A model generated the notes under the pieces. It searched no databases and was not told the DNA's origin. It worked only from the letters and a program-made list of their open reading frames with translations. Positions 41,292 to 56,037 of a stretch of 64,000 bases of DNA are shown one piece after another. The position numbers and the translations under genes were made by a program. This stretch comes from Eledone cirrhosa. Its lineage: Eukaryota. The stretch is taken from assembly GCA_964016885.1 (NCBI GenBank), contig OZ024740.1, forward strand, positions 367,846,001-367,910,000, written 5' to 3'. The first letter of the stretch is position 1. The number at the start of each line of letters is the position of its first letter.

Positions 41292-44200
41292 CTGTATAGA
41301 ACCTTATATAATTATATACACTATCGTCTCTAGTGAATTATGTATTAATATTCAAAACAAGAAGTAATATTCACCTATACATACATTTATATAATACACA
41401 GATACACATACCCACACACACACAACCCCCCCCCCCCCCACACACACACACACACATACACACACGCACATATATATACACAGTTAGAAATGCCGGCTGA
41501 TATAAGTATCATGTCTATCAATACGGTAAATTCTTCAATTTTGTTTCTAGCCTATTTTCTGAAAAGATTAATAAACGGCATTGTACTTTACAGAAACAAT
41601 TGGTAAAATCTAATGAAAAGTATAGACTGTTTTTCGTATTCATTTAATTCTTCGAAAATATATCGGTAACACGATTTATTACAGATCTAGTTTACAATTG
41701 GTTGGTACAATAATCTCTTACAACCTTCGTTTGTTTAAGATTTTCCTAATTCAGATATCTACTTCAAAATTAGTAACAACATTTTTTGTAGCCTACCACA
41801 CTCATAATCGTTCCCTGGCATACAACAAACTACAAATGAAGAAAACAATCTATAAATAGAAACATGGAAGACAATTTCGAAGGACCACAATCTTAAAAGA
41901 GTCGTCTTTCAACTTATGGATTTGCTTATGTGTCTAATGATATTATGTTATGACAAGGTAACGTGGGATTCTTTAAATACATTCCTTCAACTGTTTCAGT
42001 GAGCACTATTTTAACAAACCCCAACGTAACTAGTAGTTATATTAATATACCACAAAGAATACACTTGGGAGAAAGCATCGTAATATGGTAATTGAAGGCG
42101 TCAAAATCTATTCCATCACTGACGATTTACTATCAACTTAGGAATAGAAGAGTAGCCTTGTACGAAAAACCTATAGAGCGGTGACGAGAACAGTTATAAA
42201 ACGATACAAATCGTTCCGGTCTAGCGTAAGATTGTGATGGATTTCCTGCAAAGTATACTACACATATTTTGTCTCCTACTTTACTTTTACAACGGAAACC
42301 ATCCTTTAACAGGATCCATAAAGGAAAAAAAACACGTCCCTTTCGGAACTGATTTGGAAGCTTAAGTTAGCTAAGGCACCATACCTTTTAGAATGGTCTT
42401 AGGTTCATGTGGTGCTTGAAGACGGCGGTGGCTTTTGTATTTCCAGTCACTTTTCTTAGAGAGATTCTTGAGGTACTCAGGGGACCTTTGTTGTGGTTGT
42501 CTGCACATGTGGACGAGAATCATCCTCAAGTGATAGGGAAAGTAACTCCACTTCTTATAGATACCCTTCCGCTACTATCCTTCTCTACTTAACATAGGCG
42601 CCATTTTATGCTCTTAATATGAATAACACAGTTTTCAGACATAATGTATAAGAATTCACCCGTAGACGTAGATTAATGATAGAATAGACCAACATGCACT
42701 CTGGACTATTCGAAATAGTCCACCTCAGCATTTATTCAACAAGCCACCTATCTTGGATACGTAACAGCAATGCACAATGCAGTAACATTTGATCTCCCAT
42801 AAATCCAAATTAACCATAACACCATTTAACTCTACCACTTAGGAAGCAAGATCAGACTTTTGGATTATGGGTAAGATCGATGGTGAACATCATTCATCGC
42901 ACCGATTAATTAGTAGCACTACAATTCTTTCTTACTACCCACATTTTATTGGCTAGAGTAATACTTCAAATCCCCCTTTTCCCCGCCTTTTGGAGTTTAG
43001 ACTGTGCTACATTTATATTGTAACATCAGTTTAATTTATCTTTATGAACATATATTTTATTATATATATTTGGCGCTGGCATAATCGTATCTTTTTTTCA
43101 CATTTCTCATCTTCTATTTTGTTTTTGAATTGCTTCCTCCTTCACTTTCTATTTTTCGTTTTTTTCTATATTTTCTTTATTTAATCTATGTATTATTTAT
43201 CGATCTTCATTTTATTTTCAAACTATATTTTCAGTCTTAATTCTATTTTGTTTTCGACCTGGATACTCCTATTGATATACTAGCTTGGATAATTCTAAAA
43301 TCACTCATACTTCTGGTGCTACAATCCCTATTTCCCCCTTCACAACTGATACGTCTATGCCGCTTTGTCCCTTGTAACTTTAAAGAAGACAATGCTACAT
43401 CTTTGATCTGGGTTCCGCAGGTGTGTAAGAGATGTTTCAAGCAATTTTCTAAACTGCTTGTGTTATACATGTAGTTCCATTTTTGTTTCCACTATATTGT
43501 TTCCACTATATTGTTTCCACTAAGCATTGTTTGGTCTTCTTTCTCGCATATATGTCTTTGAACACCCACTATGATATTAGTTGACATCAATTACATTACC
43601 ATAGTTGCATGTCGCAAATTCTGATTGTTAGCGTTCCCATTTAATTTGAACATTTTCCTTTTCCGGGACAAATATTGTATCCCGATGTTGCCACTTCCAT
43701 TTCTGCTGCTTCATCAGTTGTTCTACATGATATTTATTATATGTCAAGAGATGTCAGTAAAATGGTGCTATAGTCTCCACACCCTCTCTTATTCAACAAT
43801 TTAGCAATGTTGCACGTTTGTTATAAATTCGAGTCTTGCATTAGGATTCTCCATAGATTTGTTGCTAAGCATGTTAACATTGATTTGCGAAGATAAATCT
43901 TTGTGATCAGAAGCAAGACTTGCACACCTAAGAAAGGATTTGACATTTCGAATGATTCCAATGCATTTTATATTGGGAGTTCAACAAAAGTGTCTTCGAT
44001 TTGTTTCAGGTGCCTGTTACAGCTCATTATTCGTGATTCTTATAATATTTCATTTTTTCCGAACTAGTGCTCAGGAATTAATGTATAGGAGGACATTTAT
44101 TAAAATCAGATATTCACGCTTTCTGACATGTATCGGCATGTGTACTCCTGTGCACACACTTAGGCACATACAAGTAAATTCGCGCTAGAAACTCAATCAA

Positions 44201-46599
44201 TTTCCTTCTTCATTCTTTCGCAACGAATTAAATACAAAGGTGTTGCAATACATTACATACGCTAAAGTGTAAGAAAAATATACACTTAGGAGAGAAGAAT
44301 GATATGTTGTAACTAAGTTTAAAACATATGGGCAAATTTATTGAAAATCATAATTCGAAAAAAAGAAAACTGAATATTTTCTATATTATAAAAGAAATTG
44401 TTATATATAGTTATTGCAGAATAAATTACAATGTCTATGATAATTTTCATTAACCACAAATATTGACATTAAATGTTACATATCAAAACGCCAATTGCGT
44501 TTAAATCATATTCATATATTTTACATATGGTATGAAGCATATATAATCATAATAGTGTTTAAATGTTCATTTGAAAGGGTAAAATATCTAGAAATTGAAA
44601 GAAACCTACCGCTCGTTTAGCTTCATACGGGACAAGAATGAAAAATTAGAAATGGCACCTGTTAATTAGGCATCCGGGTTAGTATAAAGCCTGGCATTCA
44701 AACACAGATTCTAGGTTTAAATAAGTGTAAAAAATAAAATAAAATAAAGTAAAATAAAAAGTATACAGAAAATGAATAAGAAATAATAAACATATACATG
44801 AAATAAAATATATACATCAATATGTTGTTAGTGAAAACAATAAAAAATGAAAAAAAGAAATGATGAAATGAAAGGAAATGTATTGACACATTAGGAGCAA
44901 AATGACATACCGCGAAACAAAAAATTACTTTCAGTTTTATTTTTAGGCAAGAAGAGAGGTGGTCGCATCGAATTCATCGTCATGCTCTGAAATAAGGAGC
45001 AGTTGTTAGTAAACATCTACATAATCATTCCGTTGTTAGTATTAATTCTACATTAGTAAATAGGTGTGGCAATTCTGTTGTCAAATCGTTGATAATAAAA
45101 CAACCAATAACAATGCTAATGATAATACTATAGATAATACTTGCTTGTAGACCGTTTCTAGAATTAAGTCCAAAAAGCATTTTCTTCGTATATACTTATG
45201 GATCCAAGTTGGATAGATTTAAACAGAGATTATAAAAGACCTACCCAAATAGGGAAAGTCATATTTGAAAATGTCTAGGCGTTCTACGACTCCAATTGAT
45301 AATAATCATATTTGACCTGGCCAAATACCAACAATTACAAAGAATTAATATATCCATCTTAATAAAAGTTTAATGCGATTCTTGACTACATTTTATCGTA
45401 TTTTGAATACTGAAAATCACTATCGATCTAAGGCATATTAATTTAATGTATTTAGTCTGGCGTTTTGCTATGTTTACAAACTTGATTGCCTCTATCAATG
45501 TTAATTGGATTTGAATAAATATTTTCTTTACCTTCGATTTAAAAAAAGATAATTTTTAATGGGGTGGTTTTAAATGTTGGCGGGTAATATATTAATCAGA
45601 AAGAGCAAGCTCCATCTTCATCGACCATGAATAAAATATAAATTATCCAAGACTTTTTATTTTACAATGAGAGCAGTTAATGACACAAACATATTTAGAT
45701 TCCATTGTAATACCGCCTGTGTGCATGTCTTATACACGAACATGATTCTATTATAATGTGAATGTCCCTAGATTAACTTCATTGATTCAAATTATTTCAT
45801 AGAACAATGTACAATATATTGAATGTTATCATCCACAGTTAATGGTGTGCATAGAAACACCAAAGAAGTTTTCTACAGTATGAAATAGGCGGCATTTGTG
45901 AAAGCGATGCGTGTTTGCATATTTCAAATGTAATATCATTTAGAATTCTGGAATGCCATTTAATATTCCCTACCAATAAATGTGGTAAATATTTAGTTAG
46001 AAGAAACCAACATTATAGGTTTCAATGTTACAATCGAAGATAGTGCGCTGCATTATTTAGTCTCAATGTCTGCATTGGTAACACCATTGCTGCTGCAGTC
46101 AATTTCTAACATTAGCAACCAGGTCAACATAAAACTAATTCATATCATATAGCGAAATTAATATTCTTCTTAAAATACGAAAACAATAAATATATTTGTT
46201 TAAATATTTTGTTCGAGTTTGGAGAAGAATCACAAGAAATTATTCAAACTCTATCTCCTTTTCGTTAACTAGTTCTGATTTGCACACAATTTCTCATCAT
46301 TATCATAACCATGAAAAGATGAATAATCATCAACATCGTTATAGTTATTCATAAAGCCCTTTTTCTGTATATACAGAAGGAGTGAGGGCATCGCCCTCTA
46401 TTTCAGATGAAATTATGTTGATATCATACATTGAAATGATAATGATTTTGTTACCATGTCATTGGCCCTTAACTCCTGATGGAGTCCTTGGTGAGGTGCA
46501 ATGTACAGCGTGTCCTCGATATTTAATCATGGTGGTGCCAATCACTACACAATTCTGAATACAGTCGATTTCTACCAAAGAAAGGGATTAACCGAGCAG

Positions 46600-46750
46600 G
46601 AGGTTCAGAAGAATAATCGATCTCAGTATTGACCTGGTATTTTGCTTACCGACTTTGTAAAAATGAAAGACAAAGTTGACTCGGACTGAATTTGAATTTA
46701 GAGTGCAGTGAGACAGATATAATATCCTAAACAATTAAATCCGACATTTT
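46600..46750 (-). mobile_element. degenerate tRNA-derived SINE
   Basis: ATGAAAGACAAAGTTGACTCGG..ATTTGAATTTAG resembles the SINE core. Confidence 0.55.
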
Positions 46751-47972
46751 CGGGAATGTAAGTCTAGGATTTATTTACTTGAGAAAGATATGTCACATAT
46801 CGAGGAGAAAAATCAATCTTTTATCAAAAGAGAATTAACTTGTTTAATACTTTTCATTCTCATTTTAACTATGGCAAATATTGTAAATTCATTTTATTGT
46901 GTAGACTAGTGGTCGCTAACGCAATCCGCTGGATGCATGTGGATTGCAAGCTATTCGTTTCATGGCATGTGGCAGAAGAATCTTTGTAACCAATTTTGTC
47001 ATAAGGCAGGTTATTTTTGCCCTGCATTAATAATTAAAGTAGAATGTAAGGCAATTTGGCTAGGAAATAATGAAATGTAAATAAATAAACTGAATTTATC
47101 AAAAATAGAAACGGTAAAAGGGCTTTTACCAAAATTTATATACGGAATTTTTGTCTCCCTACGTTTTATACAAATTCACATTATCCCACTCACTATCATA
47201 TGCATATTCATTTTGATGAAAAATCGGAGCTGAAGTCTATGGAGTCTGTTGCACATTAGAATTATAACTGGAGGAAATCGTACCAACCCTAATCTCACTA
47301 TTGTCTTTCTGTATCTCTCCCATATGACGCAGTATCCGATTTGAAATATTGTGTTTGTAGACCACAGATGGTTTCTGTACAAAGTGAATATATATTTAGC
47401 GAATATTCAAGATTTATACTTTTTACTGTCCTTATAAATAACGCATTTCCTTTAGAAGCATATCCAATACTACATTAGAATATTTTACCCCGCAATAGAC
47501 ATAAAATTGTGGAAGATTTCAAACATACAGTTTAATATAATTATAACGAATTATGAGCAAATTCCTATCGGCTGTATCTTCAGAGATCAGGTTTGCATAA
47601 TCTGCAGGTATGTAACGTATAGTATGCAAACTTTGAAAATACTTCCCTAGTAAGTGTTGACAATTTATTTTGATTTTGAAAGTATAGATTTTACCCAAGA
47701 ATGTAATGAAAGAATTGCATACATTCGAATATTCGTGGGAAAACAGAACCATGTTAATCTAGATATTTTTCAATGTGTTTCGTTGTTTTATATCGATGAT
47801 TTGATGATACAATTGCCACAGAGAGAATTCAAACCTGAAAAAAGACTATATTGTATGTAAATATTCAATTTTACATGAAAATTTGTGTTCGTAATTTTCA
47901 TTCCATTACGCCTCAGAATGATGTACATTCTTTAATTAAAGAAAATGAAATATTATATCCGCAAATATATAC

Positions 47973-48033
<61 letters not shown>

Positions 48034-48153
48034 TATATGTATGTGTATATAGACATAAATATTTTCAGGTTTGAATATCTTAATTGTTAGTATAGTAAAG
48101 TTGACCAGACACATTCTTCAGGCAGTTTTTTTATGATGTTATAAATATACTTA

Positions 48154-48195
<42 letters not shown>

Positions 48196-48247
48196 AGTGG
48201 TAACACAGCAGGGAACAGTTGTGGCACCTTAGCGGTGTTTTATTTTT

Positions 48248-48373
48248 TATATTTGACGAGCTATTTCAAAGTACAGCATATATTCCTGGAATCAGACTTT
48301 CTGTTTAATGTACATACATATATGTGTGTGTATGTATATAAATATACATATATATATATATGTGTGTGTGTGT

Positions 48374-48455
<82 letters not shown>

Positions 48456-48547
48456 TTATATACATACACACAACTATGTATGTATATTAAACAGAAAGTC
48501 TGATTCCAGGAATATCTGCTGTATAATGAAATAGCTCGTCAAATATA
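48248..48547. repeat. ~70-bp inverted repeat enclosing (TG)n
   Basis: TATATTTGACGAGCTATTTCA...CCTGGAATCAGACTTTCTGTTTAAT pairs with ATTAAACAGAAAGTCTGATTCCAGG...TGAAATAGCTCGTCAAATATA. Confidence 0.85.
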
Positions 48548-49390
48548 ACAGGATAACGGGTGAAACAAAATTGGGCAATGTTAGCATGATTTATTTTAAT
48601 ATTAAATGATTTTATACTAAACAAAACTGTCTGATGAGGCTGTGGTTAATTGTGCAGAAAGAATAGAACAGGTTGTTAGTTGTCAATTTAATATAGCATG
48701 AAACAAAAACAATGTATAAATATCAAGACTATTGTAAGCATGGGCTGCTAGCGGATCTTACTCTAGTGGGACACTAATGAGCACATTGCCTCTTTTAAAA
48801 ATAATCAAATAATCTAATTATGTACATATATACATATATACAACATTTCTGATATGACAGATTTAATAATATATATATTACAATATATACTGTGCGCTTC
48901 CGAAAGACGTTGCCGTTTAGTTTTCCTTTGTGTTCTATATTAGAATTATTACTTGCATTGTTAACAATATAATTGTCAATTCATTGAATACGTTAATGAA
49001 ATTAGTACTTCTTTCATTTACGTGATGTAACATCATTGCTAATATGAACATTCTATGGAATTTTGAAACAATGCTGTTAGCAGTAGCCCGATTAAAATAT
49101 AATCATTTAATGAAATTTCATCGCGCTCCGTCGTAATGTATATTTACACTGATTATTCGTATGGTAATGCATTTAATATATTTATTCTCTAAATGTATCT
49201 TAACTCTTCTGTAATATATCTTATATATAATGTTTGAAAAGAGAATGTTATGTTTGCATTACTTGACATATAATTACAATTCTAAAACGTTTAACTATAT
49301 TATTTAATATCTTACGAGCATACCGTTGTATATAAATATAATCAATAATTAAAATCACAAATGTTATATGAATGTATGTATATTGATTAA

Positions 49391-50066
<676 letters not shown>

Positions 50067-50940
50067 ATGAAATTCAATATACATCCTTTCCGTTAGAATC
50101 AACTGTATGTACATTCATATGTACTTTGGCATACCGCTTATTAAATAAAATGATGTTTACTCCCGATTCAAATATTCACATAAGGTTTAAGTTTCCATTT
50201 CAAATGTAATCAGTATTTGCGGAGCCTTTTTAAACATTTAAAAATACATATAATTTAATTGAATATTTCTCTTTATTATAAATAACCCTATTATAGCTAT
50301 GAAAATAATTTTATATGTAAGATATTGTTTCGTACAAAAACAGATTTGATGACAAATTATGAGTACCAATTGAATTGGGTAATAATGAAGATATTTAATA
50401 CAAGCCCCATGCGGTTAGTATTGCTGAATATGATTATTTGCAGATTCATGCAAGGTTTTATGGTTGTGAAGCCATCATGCGATTAGATTTGGTGAACAGT
50501 TACATGTCTTGTCATGCTGTTAGTATATTGTATAGCAGTTACGTTAGATGATGTAAGTAAACTATTTACTTAATGAAAATACAAGGCATCCATGCGTGTT
50601 AGTCACTGTGTATTTGGTTGCTACAATTTCCAGGTTGCCATAACGATACATGTTTTTCCAGGACAATTATCTGTTAACTATTGTTTCACCTATATCGAAA
50701 GAAGTAATTTGAACATTCTAAATTCAAAAGAAACTACCAATCTATTTTTTATATATTTTCATGACATAAGGTTTAATGATATATCTATACAACCTTTGCA
50801 ATGCATCAACTTGCTGAAATAGTTTGTGTTGTATTTTTATAATGACATTTCCTGAATAAAAGATTCTCACCACATTGTATCATTTTACTGTACCACCTGC
50901 CTTTATAGTATATATGTATATATATATATATATATATATA

Positions 50941-51105
50941 ACGAAGGAAATGTGGTAAGGAACCAGGTGGACCATAAAGCACCAAAGTACTCAATACTTA
51001 GGGTAGTAGAGTGGGTAATAGGAACAAGTAAGACCCCGACGGCTAATTCTGTACAGAATTAGCCGTCGAAACTGCTTGAGCTCAGCCGTCTGGGTCTTAC
51101 TTGTT

Positions 51106-51107
<2 letters not shown>
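50941..51107. mobile_element. family C inverted mini-element
   Basis: Long arm, then hairpin GACGGCTAATTCTGTACAGAATTAGCCGTC-GAAAC..GTC, then short arm. TA flanks. Confidence 0.75.
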
Positions 51108-51152
<45 letters not shown>

Positions 51153-51160
<8 letters not shown>

Positions 51161-51200
51161 GCTTCGGGAGGGTCATATTGCCAATAAGAATCTTGCTAAA
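51153..51200. mobile_element. ~45-bp remnant of the Naiad A terminal inversion
   Basis: ATTGTT..GGGAGGGTCAT.TTGCCAATAAGAA (minus-strand 3' end) is fused to AAGAATCTTGCTAAA (plus-strand tail). Confidence 0.55.
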
Positions 51201-52056
51201 GGACAGATCATCAGCTCGGTTTAATCCGTCTTAGGTGAAACAAATTATTCTCGGAAATGTCGAATTAACTGTTGTGGAATTACTACTACCGACCTGGTCC
51301 TATGGAGGAAGGCATTTTTCATGTGGATATTGTACAGATAAAATCTATACATTTGTGAAGAAAATGTGTTATATATGTATAGCAATACAGTAACATATAT
51401 ATATCATCTAATTAATCTTTCATAAGTCACATAATTCTATAAATGAAGTATATATTTTCAAATCTGATATAGATTGCGTATGCTTTTATTTTAGTTTTGT
51501 TATCGGTCAGTTGTCATTATAATACTCCAATAATAAAGAGGTAAACATGATCATTATTAAATGGATTAATATTAAATGGATCAATATTAAAACAAAATTC
51601 ATTTTAACCTTAAATTACGCATAACACTAGATTCTACTAAGACGACAATATATTTCTTGAAATATTAAATACCGTTTAAGGATAATATTCATATATATAA
51701 ACATGTGAAAAATTTAACTTGACTATCGCTGCATATGACATGAGGTAAATATAGTTAGTAAATGTAAGAACTACCTAATGTGACAAACATACACTTGAGA
51801 ATTCATTGCACTGAAAGGAGTTTCTATTAATACAATTCTAAATGTAGTATAATTATACTAACGCACACGAACTCCGAACATCCCATATATTTGGATACAT
51901 TTATGAATAATTAAGGAGGTAAGTTGTTTTATCACACTGTCTTACTGGTGACATCTAATTTGATAATGTATTTATTTATAATAATCAAAGTTTATAGACA
52001 TATGCATATATATATATATATATATATACATACATATACATACATACATACATACA

Positions 52057-52136
<80 letters not shown>

Positions 52137-52141
<5 letters not shown>

Positions 52142-53760
52142 ATACTTTGGGAGGGTCATGTCGCCAATAAGAAACACACGCACCAGTTGCTTTCACTTCA
52201 ATTTATTATAATAAATTTATAAATTTAGGAATTTATAAATTTCCGGTTGGTTGGTTGGTTCCACAACCAGATGATTGTTTATATATCGTCAAAGTTCTTT
52301 CATCACATATTCTGTGACCTCTTCAGTGACTGGGGATTCTTTCTTTGCTTTTTGCTTTTGTGCCTCTCCTTTGTTCTGTCCTACGCTATCTTGTTTGTGT
52401 GTGTGTGTTGTGTGCTCACTCTGCGCATGCGCCACATCCGGGTGTCTGTGTGTGTTTGTATTCGTTTATTTATTTGTTTATTTATATGTTACAGGTTGCT
52501 TGTTTGTTCTATGTGCGTGTGTGTTTTCATTTTGTCCTTAATTGTAAGTTGTGATGTTGCTGTTCCACTCATGTTTTCTATGCAATTTTGGTTGTAATTC
52601 TTCTATGTTTATTGCCTCTGTGATTTGTCTAAACATTGCGTCTTTTCTGTGTGTAGATTTTATTTTTATTTGTATGTTCTCTAATTTACCCTTATGTTCT
52701 ATTTTAGCATGTTGGTAGAGTACAGATGAATCTTTACTATCTTGAAGGTCTCGCCAGTGTTCGTTTATCCGTTCCCCTACACTACGAGCTGTCTCACCTA
52801 TGTACACTATATTTTTGTCTCTACATTGTCCTTCAGTACATCTTATGCTATATACTACATTTCTAGTTTTACAGTTAATATGGGTGCTTAATTTACAGGT
52901 TATACATTTCTTATCTATACAGGGGGGTCTTTGAAAAGGGTATGTCTTGCTAATAAGTGTTTTTACGGAGGTAGCTGGTCTTTCTACCATCTTAATATTG
53001 AGTTTATGTTTATCTAGGGCATTTCTAAATCTGTAAGCTAATTCACCTCTAGGGGTTGTTTCGATGAATATTACACTCTGGTATTTATTGCTTTCATACC
53101 ATGAATTTATTCTATTAGCCTTATTCCTTGTTCTTTCTATTCTATTCCAAAATTTGCTCCTGTACAAGGGGCAGGTCCCATTTGTGTCATTATTTACCAT
53201 TTTTTCCCATTTGGTTCTGGCTCCTCTATACACTCTGATTTTATCTCTCTGATTGTAACCAGAGAACTGCATACGGTGGATGAAGTGTTGTATGTGTCTC
53301 TCTAGTTCTTCGGGGTTGCACATGCGGGACACGTTTCTCATCACCCGTACCAAATCCGCAATCAGTATGTTGATTTTGGTATGGTCCGAAACAGCTGAGT
53401 TTCGGTGGATCAGTATTTGGAAGTCATGGGTTTGGCATAATGGGAATGGAGGATTTGTTTTTTGTTATTAATGGTATCTAACCAGAGCTCTGTGTCTAGT
53501 ACAGGTAATCGATGGGTGGGGTGTTTACTTGGGTAGTCTATAGTAACTCTAATACTCTGGTGGATGGAGTTAGCTATTTGCTGGATGCTCTCCATTGTGT
53601 TTTTCTTTAATTCCTGACTGTTCTGTTTATTATAATAAATTGAAGTGAAAGCATGTGGTGCTTGTGTTTCTTATTGGCAACATGGTCCTCCAAAAGTATA
53701 ACAATATCGGTTTCAACACACGTTTTCAGATAAAGAATCTTGCTAAACAAATTCAGAAAC
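52137..53760 (-). mobile_element. Naiad-like PLE family A, copy 2, 5'-truncated, with short inverted tail at 53626-53760
   Basis: Highly similar to 16287-17765. ORF pieces 52538-53353 and 53410-53595 are split by a frameshift. HHR at 52288-52330 and (TA)n flanks. Confidence 0.93.
52288..52330 (-). ncRNA. minimal hammerhead in Naiad A pseudo-LTR
   Basis: GTCA-CTGAAGA-GGTCACA-GAATA-TGTGAT-GAAA-GAACTT-TGAC. Confidence 0.7.
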
Positions 53761-54982
53761 TATATATATATATATATATATACACAATAGTAAAAGGACG
53801 AATTGGTATGCCTTCATTACGTTTATTAAGTAGTGACGCGTGTTTCGCTATTAATCGATATGTATCGATCTGGCCTGCCAAGTTAAAGGTATTTTCGTAT
53901 TCGTTCTCTCATAATTTATACTGAACTAATTGGTGAAGTAGTTATATTGATCATATGTTGGGTATAAATCATATTTAGTTAATGGTATGCCTAATACATA
54001 TTTACACTCGTCACCTCTTCCTTTCTGGGCGTTGTTGTTAATTTTAGACCTGCGTGTCTTCTGGCACTCTACCAATAATTTGATGGCCATGATGTTGTTT
54101 GGTATTTGATATCCTGTGTATTACTTTCAAACTGCCCGTGCATTTTTCTTTTCTCTTTATCTCTGTTGTAAAATTCTTCCTGACCAGTCATTTTATATGC
54201 AATTGTACCCATATTTTGGTAATGATTGCATATTGGAACAGCTCTTCGTTACTCTTTACCAAATATTTCCCTCCTTATACAATATTACATGTTGATGAGA
54301 TTTCTACCACAATTCTTTCCTTCCCTGCACAATCTGTTTTTTTCGTTTAGAATGTAAAGCTCCGCACAAACTCGTAAGGTGGTGGCGTGGGTGCTGTTGT
54401 GGCTGTTAGGTTTGTCGTTTTCTTTGTTTTTTTATGAGTGACGATCTTCAAATTTACGTTTAGCATTCCTACTGCTTGATTTGACCGGATCAAGTTAATA
54501 AACATCACTCTATAAATAGATTGATGTCATCTCTTCCTTTTAGATCGCTAGGGCTGGTATAAAGTTTTGTCAAACTATTTTCACAGAAAGAGCAGGGGAG
54601 GTGAAACTATTTAAGGTCGAATAGTTTGCTCTTTTTCAACACCATCTTTGAAACCTTGGAAGTATATACTGATATAATCATACTTTTCTGCCTCCAACGT
54701 AGTCGGCGTATTTCATTATGAAGCTTTCTTAATAATAAGATTATTTTTCTGCTATCCGCCGTGGAAATGTTTTTAACTTTTTGTTCATTTGACTTCCCCA
54801 TTAACGTTTCATGTAAATTGGCCTTCGTTAATTTTCGTTTATATTTATTTTCTTATGAGTAACTAATTGGATACATTTCCATTGCTATAATTATGTTTGC
54901 ATTAATTTAGATGTATTCTTGTTTTGCAACTTGTTTTCGAGTGGTGATTTTTGTTGCATTCACTGCCTTTGTCTAATATTTG

Positions 54983-55142
54983 TTTCTACTTTAGGCACAA
55001 GGCCAGATAATTACCCAGTGTAATACTGGTACTTTATTTTATCGACCCCGTAAGGATGAAAGGCAAAGTTAACCCCGGCGGGATTTGAACTCAGAATAGC
55101 AAGGGCCGTAACTCTATGCGTCAAAGCATAGCGTCCGACTCT
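54983..55142 (-). mobile_element. tRNA-derived SINE, 5'-truncated
   Basis: Close reverse complement of ~60955-61110. Confidence 0.82.
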
Positions 55143-55962
55143 TGCAGATATTTACGTTTTGGTTTGCGAATCAGGTTTGAAAACAGCATATGAAGTAAAG
55201 AGGTAAAGTTAATTGGATGAGCCAAAGTGGATCCATGGCCTTAACGTTATCGTCATACAGAAGTAGAAAATCTAATGTTGACAACACCTAAGCAGTAAAG
55301 GTATTTTCGTATCCATCCTTTCATAATTAATCCGTGAAGTAATTATATTGATCATCAGTTGGGTATAATGCATTTTACCTTTGTTATATAATATTACAAG
55401 ATACTAGATATCACTAACTGTGTTCACGTTTTCTCATCCGGAACTCTATTAAAGTTAGACGCTAGAGATGAAATATATTGTATATTCGGACATTAATATT
55501 CAGGTATGTAATATAACCTGGGCCAAGATGATATTACACACTGGATATTAATTACACTTAGGGCAATTACCATCATATTCAAAAAGCAGAAAGTAAATAA
55601 ATCCAGTAAATGTCGAGAGTGGGAAGTGAATTTGTTTCGTCTGAAAACACCTAAGGTTTTGATTAAGAAAGGAATATGTTATTGCTCAGTTTTCTTTTTA
55701 TTGTAAAATCCATTTAATTAATGACCATCAAGGTTAATAATCATTAAATATTGGTTTACAAGCAGCCAACAATTTGTTTCAAAAATATGATCATTTCCTT
55801 AAATCCTTGTTTTGCAGAACGCCGAAACATTATACTGGCATGATGATAAACATTGGGAGAAGAGTCGCATAATAGCAGCCAGTTCATAAATGGCACTTAT
55901 TGTATTGATTGCAAACTGATGAAATTGGTGGGCTACTTGATGCAGAAAGTGAAGGAGAAAAC

Positions 55963-56008
<46 letters not shown>

Positions 56009-56037
56009 TCCTATATATATATATATATATATATATA

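Noticed and set aside
42330-42610. Candidate first exon on the minus strand starting AAAATGGCG
   Set aside because: In-frame stop after 9 codons and no recognisable homology.
43483-43522. Three tandem 14-bp units TGTTTCCACTATAT
   Set aside because: Simple slippage minisatellite with no spacers, so not CRISPR-like.
47150-47390. Candidate host exon on the minus strand after a TTTGTACAG acceptor
   Set aside because: No recognisable protein in any frame and no partner exons; more likely a decayed transposon.
48627-48671. CTGATGA...GAAA hammerhead candidate
   Set aside because: Helix II barely pairs and there is no correctly placed NUH triplet.
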